Assembly: GCA_028875725.1 (NCBI GenBank)
Contig: JAPPCR010000023.1
Location: 405,620 to 469,619, forward strand
DNA length: 64,000 nt
DNA from: Acidobacteriota bacterium
GTDB taxonomy: Bacteria > Acidobacteriota > Thermoanaerobaculia > Multivoradales > Multivoraceae
Reading direction: 5' to 3'
Position numbers and translations under genes: made by a program. Shown in pieces: positions 20,784 through 30,403 of the stretch (the first letter of the stretch is position 1; the number at the start of each line of letters is the position of its first letter). The notes under the pieces were generated by a model. That model had not been told where the DNA came from. It saw only the letters and a list, made by a program, of their open reading frames with translations, and did no database searches.

Positions 20784-21887
20784 TCAGGGCTCGAACCGCT
20801 CGGCGTAGTTCTCCGGACCCTCCGCGCGGATGTCGCTGAGCCAGTCCCCCTCGTAGGGCCATGCCTCCGGGTCATCCTCGCTCGGGCCCTGCCAGAACCG
20901 CGCAAACGGACCCTCGGCGCCACCTTCGAGCGACCAGGCCTGCCTGCGGAACGACCAACTGTCGGGTACCAGGCGGTGCGCCTCGCGGAAGTGGCGAATC
21001 GCCGCGTCGTGGTGACCCTTGAGCTCCAGGTGCGAGGCGAGCTCGAAGTGGGCATGTCCGAGGGACACATCCGCGTCGCGCGGCCGCGATCGCTCAACGA
21101 CTTCTTCCGGCGACAGCGCGAATCGACTCGCTGCGCCTTTCTCCACCCAATCGCGCAGCGCGAGGTGGTAGGCATCGGTGTCGGCCGGGATCTTCGCCGC
21201 TTCCTGCAGCATCTCGCCGAAGCGACCGGGAATCGGGGAGCGAGACCCCAGCTTCGGCGGGGCGCCCGCCGGCGGCGCCGGCGCGGCCTCCGCGGGCCGC
21301 ACGATCGTGCCCGACTCGTCGATCCAGACCGAGCTGGGGATGTTGATCACGCCGAAGACCCTGGCCAGCAGGTGGTGGCGATCGACCAGGGAGGGATGCT
21401 TCGGCTTCGCGGCCTCGATGAAGGCGCGGCAGCCCTCGGCCCCCAACGTGTCGAGACCGACCGTGACCAGTTCGAAGCCCTGCGGATGAAGCTCGTCGCG
21501 CAACGCCTGCCACCCGGGCAGGTGGGCCGAGCACCCTCAGTAGGGCGCCCAGGCGTAGACAACGACCTTCCGCCCGCGCAGGCTCGAGAGCCTGAACGGC
21601 TTCCCGTCGAGATCCGGCAGTTCGAAGTCCGCGTCCTCGGCCGACACGATCGCCCGCGACCCGAGCGACTCGGGGCCCAGCGCCCACACGCCGTGCTCCT
21701 CGTCATGTACGACCGGCAGACCGATCGCCTCGGCAACGGCAAGCCCGTCGATCGGGCCCGACGACGCCGGAGCGCGATCGAAGAGAGGCACGCAGGCTGA
21801 ACCTTTGCAGGCGCCCTCTGGTTTGAGAGCCCAGCCCGTGCCGGCCTCGAACGACGTCCTGGACACTCTCTTGTCTGTGAGGATCAT
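20784..21887 (-). CDS. TlpA-like thioredoxin-fold protein with C-terminal TPR-like region; single in-frame TGA at the redox-active position (candidate selenocysteine, otherwise a pseudogene)
   Basis: ORFs 21537..21887 and 20784..21503 are in the same frame, separated only by TGA 21537-21539. Read-through gives ...FELPDLDGKPFRLSSLRGRKVVVYAWAPY-[UGA]-GCSAHLPGW..., and the TGA falls exactly where the first Cys of the thioredoxin W-C-x-x-C motif sits. Confidence 0.55.
21504..21528 (-). promoter_or_regulatory. candidate bacterial SECIS-like hairpin 15-33 nt downstream of the in-frame UGA
   Basis: mRNA ...UGA GGGUGCUCGGCCCA CCUGCC CGGGU GGCAGG CG. This is a perfect 6-bp GC stem with a 5-nt G-rich apical loop (alternative stem CCACC/GGUGG). 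Confidence 0.3.
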
Positions 21888-21945
21888 GCGGCCAGTGTAG
21901 CCGGGGGCGGAACAACTCCTGCCCGCCGCCTGTTAGTTTTGTCCC

Positions 21946-23082
21946 ATGGCCCGCGCACCCTCAGCCGGCCCCACCCAACGGCCGCGAATCGCCACGACGG
22001 CGGGCCTGCTCGTGCTGGCCGCTCTTGCCTTCCTGGTGGGCTCCCGCTGGCAGGGCAACGTGCTCCAGGCGGAGAGCCAGGGCCAGCCCCGGCGCGTGAC
22101 GCCAAGTTCGGGGCTGCTCCCCGAGGAACGCGCGACGGTCAACCTGTTCCGCGAGACGCAGCCGTCGGTCGTCTACATCACGACACTGGCCAGGCAGAGT
22201 CGGGTCGACTTTCTGGGACGTCGCTTCGACCGCGTCCAGGACGGCACGGGAAGCGGCTTCCTGTGGGACGACAGAGGCCACGTCGTCACGAACTTCCACG
22301 TGATCGGGAACGCCGATACCTACCAGGTCACCCTCCACGACCAGACGACCTGGCCCGCCACGTTCGTCGGACAAGACGAGGAGATGGATCTCGCAGTGCT
22401 CCGAATCGAGGCGCCGGCGGAGACGCTGCGGCCCATCCCGGTCGGCTCGTCGAGCGACCTGCAGGTCGGCCAGTCGGTACTGGCGATCGGCAACCCGTTC
22501 GGCCTCGACTACACGCTGACCACCGGCGTGATCAGCGCACTCGACCGCGAGGTTCTGTCAATCGGCCGACGCGAGCTCCAGGGGGTCATCCAGACCGACG
22601 CCGCGATCAACCCGGGCAACTCCGGCGGTCCGCTCCTCGACTCGAGCGGACGGCTGATCGGCGTCAACACGCAGATCGTGTCGTCCGGCGGCGCCTGGGC
22701 CGGTATCGGCTTCGCGATTCCGGTCGACACGGTGAACTGGGTTGTGCCGGAGCTCATAGCCCACGGCCGCGTCAACCGTCCGCAGCTCGGGGTCTCCCTG
22801 GTGGAGGGTGCCCGTGTGCGGCCGCAAGTGGACGGTGTACTGGTCCTGGAAGTCGTCCGGAACTCCGGCGCAGACCGCGCGGGGCTCCGCCCCACCCGGC
22901 GCACGCGACAGGGCATCGTCCTCGGCGACGTGATCACCGCGATCGAAGGCCAGCCGGTTCAGTCGGTCAGCGACATCCGGGCGCTGCTGGAACGGCAGCA
23001 GCCGGGCGACTCGGTCACGGTGAGCCTGCTCCGCGGCGACGAGGAGGCCGAGGCGGAAGTGCGCCTCTCCGCACCGCGCTAG
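21946..23082 (+). CDS. HtrA/DegP-family serine protease with PDZ domain
   Basis: GNSGGPLL catalytic Ser motif. His and Asp blocks (TNFHV, DLAVLRI). C-terminal PDZ. Confidence 0.85.
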   Translation: MARAPSAGPTQRPRIATTAGLLVLAALAFLVGSRWQGNVLQAESQGQPRRVTPSSGLLPEERATVNLFRETQPSVVYITTLARQSRVDFLGRRFDRVQDGTGSGFLWDDRGHVVTNFHVIGNADTYQVTLHDQTTWPATFVGQDEEMDLAVLRIEAPAETLRPIPVGSSSDLQVGQSVLAIGNPFGLDYTLTTGVISALDREVLSIGRRELQGVIQTDAAINPGNSGGPLLDSSGRLIGVNTQIVSSGGAWAGIGFAIPVDTVNWVVPELIAHGRVNRPQLGVSLVEGARVRPQVDGVLVLEVVRNSGADRAGLRPTRRTRQGIVLGDVITAIEGQPVQSVSDIRALLERQQPGDSVTVSLLRGDEEAEAEVRLSAPR

Positions 23083-23092
23083 GACGGCCGAC

Positions 23093-23125
23093 GCACTGGG
23101 TGCGCCGGCGCCTTCGCATGGAAGG
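23093..23125 (+). repeat. intergenic repeat, copy B (3' of the htrA stop; shorter)
   Basis: cactgggtgcgccggcgcc is identical to the first 19 nt of copy A; ...ccgcggccgggaag then partly matches the second arm. Confidence 0.5.
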
Positions 23126-23148
23126 ACGAGAATCCGCGGCCGGGAAGC

Positions 23149-23177
23149 TTGACAAGAACTGAGAATCGATTATCGTC
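23149..23177 (+). promoter_or_regulatory. fur promoter (TTGACA-16-TATCGT) overlapped by a Fur-box-like 14-bp palindrome GAGAATCGATTATC
   Basis: A perfect -35 hexamer at 23149-23154 and a -10-like TATCGT at 23171-23176, with ATG 23185 about 7-10 nt downstream. The palindrome at 23161-23174 has a perfect AATCGATT core and resembles GATAAT-N-ATTATC Fur half-sites. Confidence 0.45.
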
Positions 23178-23184
23178 TCTCCCC

Positions 23185-23553
23185 ATGCGAAGAGCCAGGC
23201 AGCAGCAGACCGTCCTCAGCGCCCTTGACGAAGCGGACGGTCCCCTGTCCGCCAGGGAACTGTGGAGCCGCCTGAGCGGAACGGGCGTCGGTCTCGCCAC
23301 GGTGTACCGCGCTCTCCAACGGGGTGTTGAGGAAGGCACGCTGGAGGCGGTCGAGGTGCTGGGCGGCGGGCTGCGGTACGAGCCCAGGGACCGCGAGCAC
23401 CACCATCACTTTCTCTGCTCGAGCTGCGACCGCGCGTTCGACCTCTTCGGTTGCGTCGAGGGCCTCGAGGACCTGCTTCCAGGCGGGTTTCAGATGACCG
23501 GACACGAGGTGGTGTTGCTCGGAACCTGCGATGGGTGTGCCGATGCGGCGTGA
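23185..23553 (+). CDS. fur: Fur-family transcriptional regulator
   Basis: HHHHFLC..C...C..C metal-site pattern with a winged-helix N-terminus. ATG at 23185 lies roughly 7-10 nt downstream of a TTGACA-16-TATCGT promoter, so the transcript is probably leaderless. Confidence 0.8.
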   Translation: MRRARQQQTVLSALDEADGPLSARELWSRLSGTGVGLATVYRALQRGVEEGTLEAVEVLGGGLRYEPRDREHHHHFLCSSCDRAFDLFGCVEGLEDLLPGGFQMTGHEVVLLGTCDGCADAA

Positions 23554-23701
23554 CGGTCGCCCAGGAGCGGTGGAAGTCGCCACCGCCTGATCGCTCCCCT
23601 CCCGTCCTCCCCGCAGTGGTTGAAATCAACCCAACGCGGGGTTGCGCCGGGATCCGCGGCAAGTGCAAGACAACAAAACCAGATCAGAGGAGAAAGCCCT
23701 A

Positions 23702-25873
23702 GTGCAGCTAACACGTAACCCACTCGACCTGCTCCAGCTACTACCGGCGCTCTTGATCGCTACTTTGGCCACGACAGCAGGGCTCGGCGCCCAGGATGAC
23801 GCCGCGTCCGGCGAGGGAGCGAGCGAGGGTGGTCGTGGAGAGGCCGAAGCCGAGGACAGCGTGAGTGATGAGATCACTGTCTACGGCAAGCCCCTCAACA
23901 CCGCCAGCGAGACCGGCAGTCGGCTGGAGCTGACTGTCCTGGAAACTCCGGCAACAATCGACATCATTGACGGCGACGCGATTCGTGAGCGCCTCGATAC
24001 GACCGTGATGGAGGCCGTGACTCGCTCCGCCGGTTTCACGAATGACGGGCACCCGGGCAACGGTGGCCAGAACATGGCCGCCAGGGGCTTTCGTGGTCAG
24101 GGGACTGTCACCAAGATGTTCGACGGCTCCAGCTACTACAACGCATTCAACACCATCACCTTTCCCTTCGACACCTGGGGCATCGAGCGAATCGAAGTAC
24201 TGAAGGGACCCGCCTCCGTACTGTACGGTGAAGGCGGAATCGGCGGCGCGTACAACGTCATCCCCAAACGACCGCAGCAGGAACACGCCGGGGACATGCG
24301 TGTCTCTGTCGGTGAGAATGACACCCGTTTCCTCGGGCTCGGGCTGACCGGCGGTCTCGCCGACAACCTCGCTTACCGGCTTGACTACAGCAACAACCAG
24401 TCTGACAACTGGGTGGACAGGGGCGACAGCGAAGCCGAGATGATCTCCGCCTCGTTGCTGTGGCAGGTCACGGACGATTTCTCGCTAACAGGCCGATACG
24501 ACCATGGCGACCAGGAGCCCATGCGGTACTTCGGGATACCCCTGGTCAACGGAGATGTGCCCACTGAACTGGTGACAAGCAACTACGACGTCAACGACGG
24601 GAGGATTCGCTACCAGGACAACTCTGCCCGGATCAAGGCCAACTGGAACATCAGCGAACGCCTGTCCATGCAGTCAGAGCTGTACCGTCTGAACAGCGAT
24701 CGTCTCTGGAAGACGCTTGACTACTACCAGTACGATCGAGCCGCCGCCACGGTCAGACGGGAATCGCCTCTGGTGATCGCTCATGACATAGAGCATGACG
24801 GATTCCGCACCAACTTCGTGTTCGATGCCGGCAATGACGACCGCAAGATGAAGACCTCTGCGGGCTTCGAGACGAACGATCTGACCTTTGCGAGGGCAAC
24901 CAACTTCGGCGGCGCGAACCCCAATGGAGTCGATTGGGTCAACGATTTTGACGTCGTTGACGCCTTCAACTTCGACCCCGGTGTGTTCACCGATATCACC
25001 GCGGCGATGCACCGGACGGAGATCATCTCCGACGTTGCCCAGATGGCGGTCTTTGCCGAGAGCCAGATCGGCCTCACCAGAGCACTGACACTGGTGGTGG
25101 GCCTGCGCCACGAGGATGTTGAAACGGACTACAACGACATCAGCAACCCGCCGGTTTTTGATCAGAGCGTGGACGCCTTGACAGGGCGGGCAGGACTGAC
25201 CTTCGACGTTAGCGACAACACGGTGCTCTACGGCCAATACACTACCGGCGCGACCCACCCGAGCAACAGTATCGTGCAAACCAGGGTTAGCAACCGGGAG
25301 CTGGATTTCATCAGGAGTGAGCAGGTCGAGGTCGGCATCAAGCAACGACTCGCGGACGAGCGTTTGTCCTGGGGCGTGGCCCTGTTCGACATCGTCAAGA
25401 ACAACCTGATCGAGGATGATCCGAGTTCCCTCAATCCCGATGACTTGATCATCATTCCGGAGCAGACTTCCCAGGGTGTGGAGTTCAACCTCACATATGG
25501 GCTGACCGATGACTTCACGTTGATGGCCACTGGGACCGTTCTGGATGCGGAGACCGATACCGGTGAGACACCAAGGGAGGTGCCCGAGGAGACCTTCAAC
25601 CTGGGTCTCGTGTGGGCTCCTCTGGGCAAGCTGCAGCTATCGGCCGATGGCCGGTATGTCGGCGAACGCGCTCATCCCGACAACCCGATTCCCTCGTACA
25701 CAGTCGTCGATGCGTCTGCCCGCTGGCGCTTCAACCCCGACCTTTCGGTTGCCCTGCGCCTCGACAACGTCTTCGATGAGCTTTACGCCGTTTCCGCGTA
25801 CTACTGGCCAAACACCTGGCTTCTCGGCAAGCCCCGCACTGTCAGCCTGACGCTGGACTATGACTTCTTCTAG
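23702..25873 (+). CDS. TonB-dependent outer-membrane receptor (siderophore-type)
   Basis: TonB box DEITVYG, a plug domain and a beta-barrel with terminal aromatic (..LDYDFF). GTG start at 23702 with an upstream GAGGAG; the track ORF begins at 23642. Confidence 0.8.
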   Translation: MQLTRNPLDLLQLLPALLIATLATTAGLGAQDDAASGEGASEGGRGEAEAEDSVSDEITVYGKPLNTASETGSRLELTVLETPATIDIIDGDAIRERLDTTVMEAVTRSAGFTNDGHPGNGGQNMAARGFRGQGTVTKMFDGSSYYNAFNTITFPFDTWGIERIEVLKGPASVLYGEGGIGGAYNVIPKRPQQEHAGDMRVSVGENDTRFLGLGLTGGLADNLAYRLDYSNNQSDNWVDRGDSEAEMISASLLWQVTDDFSLTGRYDHGDQEPMRYFGIPLVNGDVPTELVTSNYDVNDGRIRYQDNSARIKANWNISERLSMQSELYRLNSDRLWKTLDYYQYDRAAATVRRESPLVIAHDIEHDGFRTNFVFDAGNDDRKMKTSAGFETNDLTFARATNFGGANPNGVDWVNDFDVVDAFNFDPGVFTDITAAMHRTEIISDVAQMAVFAESQIGLTRALTLVVGLRHEDVETDYNDISNPPVFDQSVDALTGRAGLTFDVSDNTVLYGQYTTGATHPSNSIVQTRVSNRELDFIRSEQVEVGIKQRLADERLSWGVALFDIVKNNLIEDDPSSLNPDDLIIIPEQTSQGVEFNLTYGLTDDFTLMATGTVLDAETDTGETPREVPEETFNLGLVWAPLGKLQLSADGRYVGERAHPDNPIPSYTVVDASARWRFNPDLSVALRLDNVFDELYAVSAYYWPNTWLLGKPRTVSLTLDYDFF

Positions 25874-25908
25874 GCCGCGTTAGCGCGCGGTGCCCTTCAG
25901 GGCCGCCG

Positions 25909-27459
25909 ATGAGCCTTAGAAGGCTGCTCTACGTCAGCCACCGGTGGCTGGGTATCGCCATGTGCGGTTTCCTCGCCATGTGGTGCATCAGCGGCGTCGT
26001 GATGATGTACGTCGGTTTCCCTGAACTGACCAGGGACGAGCACTACGCCGGGCTTGAACCACTCGTTGCCGACCGCATCAACGTTGCTCCTGAAGGGCCG
26101 CTCGCTCTCGCCGGTGCCGACGCCCAAATCGAGCGACTGCTACTGACCAGCAGCGCGGAGCGGCCCGTCTATCTGCTGAAGGTGGAAGGCGCCTCATGGA
26201 GGGGCATGTACGCCGATACCGGTGCGGCCATTGCCCGACTGCCCGCGGAGGCGGCCGTGGCGGCGGCAGTCGGCTTCTCCAGGGCGCAACGTTCCGGGCA
26301 CGATTCCGGGAAAGCCGTAACGGGCGAGCATCTGGAGCAGCTGCACATGGACCAGTGGTCCGTGTCCGATGGCCTGCACCCCTACCGGCCACTGCACCGG
26401 GTGTCGGTCGACGACGGCATGGGCACTGAGCTGTACGTGTCGTCGTTGACCGGCCAGGTCGTACGCGACACCCGGCGCGGCGAGCGCATCTGGAACTGGA
26501 TGGGCTCGAATCTGCACTGGATCTACCCGGTGCAGCTACGCGAGCACCGCGGCGTCTGGGAGCACGTCATCATCGTCCTTTCCCTGGCGGGCCTGATCTC
26601 GGTGATCACCGGCGCGATCATCGGTCTCACGCGCCTGCGACTGAGGCCCCGCTACCGGGACGGCTCCTGTTCGCCCTATCAGGGCATGACCAGGTATCAC
26701 CACATCCTGGGCCTGCTGGCCTCGGTGGTCCTGCTGACATTCCTGCTGAGCGGCCTGATGTCGGTGGGGCCCTGGGGCGTATTCGAATCCAGCAGCAGTT
26801 TCTCCGAACAGAAACAGCGCTACCAGCAGCAGGAGGGCACCTCGCGGTCATCTCCCGCGTACTCCGAGGCCCAGGAGGTTCGGCAACTGATCCGACAGGG
26901 TGCGCCTTTTCCCGTCAAGGAGATCGCATGGCACTGGATTGGCGGCAAGTCCCATGTCTCTCTGCATGGCTCCAGACAGGAAGTCCAGTACGTGCCCGCT
27001 CCGGGCGAGACGGAATCGCTGGAACAGAAAGTCCATGGCCGCATCGCCAAGCTGATTCCCGGTAGCAGCATCCTGAATTGGCAGCAGTTGGACAGTTACG
27101 ACGTCTACTACTACTCCCATCACAACCGGCACCGCCCGCTGCCAACTCTGCGAGTCGAGTTCGATGATCCTGAGTCCACATGGTTTCATATCGACCTGTC
27201 CACCGGCGAGATTCTCGATCGCCTCACCGACAGGCGCCGGCTGGAACGGTGGATATACAAGGGGATGCACACGTTGGACTTCACCTTGTTGATCAATAGC
27301 CGACCTTCCTGGGACCTAGTGATGATCTTCCTTTGTAGCGGTATCTTCATCTTCTCGGTGACATCCGTGGTCATTGCCGTGCAGTATCTGCGACGGAGAG
27401 CGCGTTCGCTTGGGACGTCAGTTCGACTCCAGGACCGGATGGCACGAGTCCCTGAGTGA
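25909..27459 (+). CDS. PepSY-associated TM helix protein
   Basis: N-terminal RWLGIAMCGFLAMWCISGV and repeated TM/periplasmic PepSY-TM architecture. Typical partner of TonB receptors. Confidence 0.75.
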   Translation: MSLRRLLYVSHRWLGIAMCGFLAMWCISGVVMMYVGFPELTRDEHYAGLEPLVADRINVAPEGPLALAGADAQIERLLLTSSAERPVYLLKVEGASWRGMYADTGAAIARLPAEAAVAAAVGFSRAQRSGHDSGKAVTGEHLEQLHMDQWSVSDGLHPYRPLHRVSVDDGMGTELYVSSLTGQVVRDTRRGERIWNWMGSNLHWIYPVQLREHRGVWEHVIIVLSLAGLISVITGAIIGLTRLRLRPRYRDGSCSPYQGMTRYHHILGLLASVVLLTFLLSGLMSVGPWGVFESSSSFSEQKQRYQQQEGTSRSSPAYSEAQEVRQLIRQGAPFPVKEIAWHWIGGKSHVSLHGSRQEVQYVPAPGETESLEQKVHGRIAKLIPGSSILNWQQLDSYDVYYYSHHNRHRPLPTLRVEFDDPESTWFHIDLSTGEILDRLTDRRRLERWIYKGMHTLDFTLLINSRPSWDLVMIFLCSGIFIFSVTSVVIAVQYLRRRARSLGTSVRLQDRMARVPE

Positions 27460-27971
27460 GCCAGACAAGGACTTCGACGGCCATGAACGCTCAGACCCAA
27501 CGCATCCGCGAGAAGCTCAACAGATGCGAACCACTGGGAACGGCCCGACGGCGTGTTCTCGGGCAGATCGTGTTATGCGAAGGCTGTTGCTGCGGTCAGA
27601 CGGACAGGGGGTTCAAGCCGGTCCCTCGCGACTGGATCAAGCAGCAGTGGAAGGACGAAAAGCTCAACAAGTCGGTGCAACTGACGATCTCCGGCTGTGT
27701 GGGTCCGTGCGATCTCGCCAATGTCGTCTGTGTCGTCTCCGCAGAGGGGATGCAGTGGTTTGGAGGCCTTCAGGAGCAGCGGCAGTACGGCTTGCTCCTG
27801 GATTGGGCCAAAGCCTCGCGTGATGCGGGTGTCTTGCTCGAATTGCCCGCTGAACTGAATCGCCACCGGTTTGAGCGGTTCGCTGCTGCCGGGTGTGGCT
27901 CCGCGGAGCGAGCTGTCGCTCTCAGTCACGAAGGGCATGGCAGCGGACAGACCGTCTTCGGCGCGCGGTGA
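27456..27971 (+). CDS. thioredoxin-like [2Fe-2S] ferredoxin-domain protein
   Basis: Cys clusters CEGCCCG ... SGCVGPC. GTG overlaps the PepSY stop; an alternative ATG lies at 27483. Confidence 0.6.
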   Translation: MSQTRTSTAMNAQTQRIREKLNRCEPLGTARRRVLGQIVLCEGCCCGQTDRGFKPVPRDWIKQQWKDEKLNKSVQLTISGCVGPCDLANVVCVVSAEGMQWFGGLQEQRQYGLLLDWAKASRDAGVLLELPAELNRHRFERFAAAGCGSAERAVALSHEGHGSGQTVFGAR

Positions 27972-27998
27972 AGTTTCCGCGCTAGAGTCGCACCTTCC

Positions 27999-29771
27999 GT
28001 GACTCAGCGAGACCTCTTCCTGCGGACGGCACTCCTTGCCGCCCTTCTCATGACGGTGCCCGGCGCTCCCGGCGCCGAAGCCCAGCCGACTCAAGCATCC
28101 CAACGCGGCGAGTTCGTCCCGGTCACCGACGCCATGCTCCAGAACCCGAGCGACGACGACTGGCTGATGTGGCGCCGGACGCTCGACGGCTGGGGCTACA
28201 GCCCGCTCGACCAGGTCACGCCCGAGAACGTCGGCAAGCTGCGCATGGTCTGGTCCCGCGGCCTGAGCGAGGGCCGCCAGCAGGGGACGCCGCTCGCCTA
28301 CGACGGCGTGCTGTACATGCCGAACCCCATCGACGTCATCCAGGCCATCGACGCGGTGAGCGGAGACCTCATCTGGGAGTACCGCCGGGAGCACCCGGCC
28401 AACATCCTCCAGCAGGTCGGCGGCCTCGCTGCGAACAACCGGAACATCGCGATCCACGGCGGCCTGATCATCGACACCAGCGTCGACGACTTCGTCTTCG
28501 CGCTCGACGCCGTGACGGGCGAGCTGGTCTGGGAGACGATGATCCTCGACTACAAGACGCAGCCGGCGATGCAGAGCTCCGGCCCGATCATCGCCGACGG
28601 CAAGGTCATCTCCGGCCGCAGTTGCCTGCCCCGCGGCGGTCCCGACGCCTGCGTCATCGTGGCTCACGACGCGGAGACCGGGGCCGAACTCTGGCGGCGC
28701 CGCACGGTGCCCGCTCCCGGCGAGCCGGGCGACGAGACCTGGGGCGACACGCCGTTCGAGGACCGTACTCACGTCGGTACCTGGATGGTGCCGAGCTACG
28801 ACCCGGGCCTGGAACTGATCTACATCGGCACCTCGGTGACGTCGCCGGCGCCGAAGTTCCTGCTCGGCGGCAGGGATCTCAAGCACCTGTACCACAACTC
28901 CACGCTCGCGCTCGATGCGAACAGCGGCGAGATCGCCTGGCACTACCAGCATCTCAACGACCACTGGGACCTCGACCACCCCTTCGAGCGCCTCCTGGTC
29001 GACACTGCGGTCGCGCCCGACGCCGACGAAGTCGACTGGATCAACCCCCGCCTCGAACCGGGCGAGACGCGCAAGGTGATCACCGGCATCCCCGGCAAGA
29101 CGGGCGTCGTCTACACCCTCGACCGCGAGACCGGCGAGTTCCTGTGGGCGCGGCCGACGATCCGCCAGAACGTGATCAGCATGATCGACGGCGCCACCGG
29201 CGCGGTCACCGAGAACTCGGAAGTCGTGTTCCGGGAACTTGGCCAGCAGGCCTACGTCTGCCCCACCTACATCGGCGGCAAGGACTGGCAGGCGGGCGCC
29301 TACAGTCCGCTGACCAACGCGATGTACGTGCCGATGCGCAACTCCTGCGCCCTGATGACGGCGACCCGCTCCGGCCGCCTCCAGATCTACGCCCTGGACG
29401 CCGAGCACCAGATCGCGCCCGGCACCGACCTGAGCGGATCCGTCCATGCCGTGTCCGCCGAAACGGGCAAGTCGCTATGGACGTACGAGCAGCGGGCCGG
29501 CCTGATGTCGCTCTTCGTGACCGGCGGCGGCCTGGTCTTCGTCGGCGACGGCAACGGCCGGTTCCGGTCCCTGGACGATGAGACCGGCGAGAGCCTCTGG
29601 GAGATCAACCTCGGCTCGCCCGTGACCGGCTTCCCGATCACCTACGCCGTCGACGGACGCCAGTACGTCGCGGCCAGCACGGGCAACCGGTCGGCGGCCC
29701 TGCTCTCCGGACTCACGCCGGAGCTACGGCCCAGCTCGGGCAACAACCTGTTCGTGTTCGCGCTACCCTGA
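27999..29771 (+). CDS. PQQ-dependent dehydrogenase (quinoprotein alcohol dehydrogenase family), secreted
   Basis: Signal peptide. Repeated W-motif propeller blades (AxDAxTGxxxW). Size and pattern match the methanol/ethanol dehydrogenase large-subunit family. Confidence 0.75.
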   Translation: MTQRDLFLRTALLAALLMTVPGAPGAEAQPTQASQRGEFVPVTDAMLQNPSDDDWLMWRRTLDGWGYSPLDQVTPENVGKLRMVWSRGLSEGRQQGTPLAYDGVLYMPNPIDVIQAIDAVSGDLIWEYRREHPANILQQVGGLAANNRNIAIHGGLIIDTSVDDFVFALDAVTGELVWETMILDYKTQPAMQSSGPIIADGKVISGRSCLPRGGPDACVIVAHDAETGAELWRRRTVPAPGEPGDETWGDTPFEDRTHVGTWMVPSYDPGLELIYIGTSVTSPAPKFLLGGRDLKHLYHNSTLALDANSGEIAWHYQHLNDHWDLDHPFERLLVDTAVAPDADEVDWINPRLEPGETRKVITGIPGKTGVVYTLDRETGEFLWARPTIRQNVISMIDGATGAVTENSEVVFRELGQQAYVCPTYIGGKDWQAGAYSPLTNAMYVPMRNSCALMTATRSGRLQIYALDAEHQIAPGTDLSGSVHAVSAETGKSLWTYEQRAGLMSLFVTGGGLVFVGDGNGRFRSLDDETGESLWEINLGSPVTGFPITYAVDGRQYVAASTGNRSAALLSGLTPELRPSSGNNLFVFALP

Positions 29772-29800
29772 CACTCAACCCACGCCCAGGAGGCCCCACC

Positions 29801-30088
29801 ATGGCTGGATACGCGATCATCAGTGTTCAAGTGAAAGATGAAGCCGCCTACAACCGCGCTCTGGAGGAGGTGCCGGCGGTCGTCGAGGCCCACGGCGGCC
29901 GCTACCTGGTGCGCGGCGGCGCCGCCGAGGCCATCCGTGGCGACTGGAAGCCCGATCGTCTCGTCATCGTCGAGTTCGACAGCGTCGAACAGGCCAAGGA
30001 ATGGCAGGACGGGGCCGACTTCGCCGACCTGAGAGAGAAGCTCAGCCAGTCGACCAACACGGACGTCGTGATCGTCGAGGGCGTGTAG
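29801..30088 (+). CDS. DUF1330-domain protein
   Basis: 95-aa protein MAGYAIISVQVKDEAAYNRA...RLVIVEFDSVEQAKEW matches the DUF1330 fold pattern. Confidence 0.6.
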   Translation: MAGYAIISVQVKDEAAYNRALEEVPAVVEAHGGRYLVRGGAAEAIRGDWKPDRLVIVEFDSVEQAKEWQDGADFADLREKLSQSTNTDVVIVEGV

Positions 30089-30100
30089 CGCTTCTCTTGA

Positions 30101-30403
30101 CTACGTGAGCCTGCGGTAGCGGCGAGGCACGTCCATTCGAGCGTGCAGCACGCGAGCGATGCGAACGGTCGCTTTGCGCTGCACGTAGAAGACGACGTGA
30201 GCCTGGTACTCATGACGTCTCACTCCCGGCGCTATCCGGTCGGCGCGGCGGCCGAGCATCGGGTACTCCGCAAGAAGCTCGAAGCAGGAATGGAGGCCGT
30301 CGAGGTACTTCCTCGCAGCGGCAAGTCCGTGCTGCTCGATCGTGTAGGTGTAGATGTCCTCGATGTCGGAGGCGGCCTTGCGGGAGAGCCTATAGACGCC
30401 CAT
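30101..30403 (-). CDS. parE: ParE/RelE-family type II toxin
   Basis: MGVYRLSRKAASDIEDIYTYTIEQHG... is the ParE signature. Its start overlaps the parD stop. Confidence 0.75.
   Translation of the reverse strand: MGVYRLSRKAASDIEDIYTYTIEQHGLAAARKYLDGLHSCFELLAEYPMLGRRADRIAPGVRRHEYQAHVVFYVQRKATVRIARVLHARMDVPRRYRRLT

Noticed and set aside
23554-23701. Possible riboswitch or second Fur box in the fur-TBDR intergenic region
   Set aside because: Only a short GC hairpin (23566-23583) and an inverted repeat caaccc-N6-gggttg were found. There is no cobalamin/TPP-like conserved core and no GATAAT-type palindrome, so nothing beyond a possible weak attenuator.
27573-29447. 624-aa minus-strand ORF overlapping the PQQ dehydrogenase, and the similar shadow ORFs 19171..20757+, 21939..23162+, 28169..29581+, 30770..31927+, 51405..52889+ and 60812..63280+
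   Set aside because: Each is entirely contained in, or antisense to, a gene with clear homology (PQQ dehydrogenase, pgi, htrA, DinB-like, helicase, atpA/atpG). Their composition is the typical GC-skewed low-complexity pattern.
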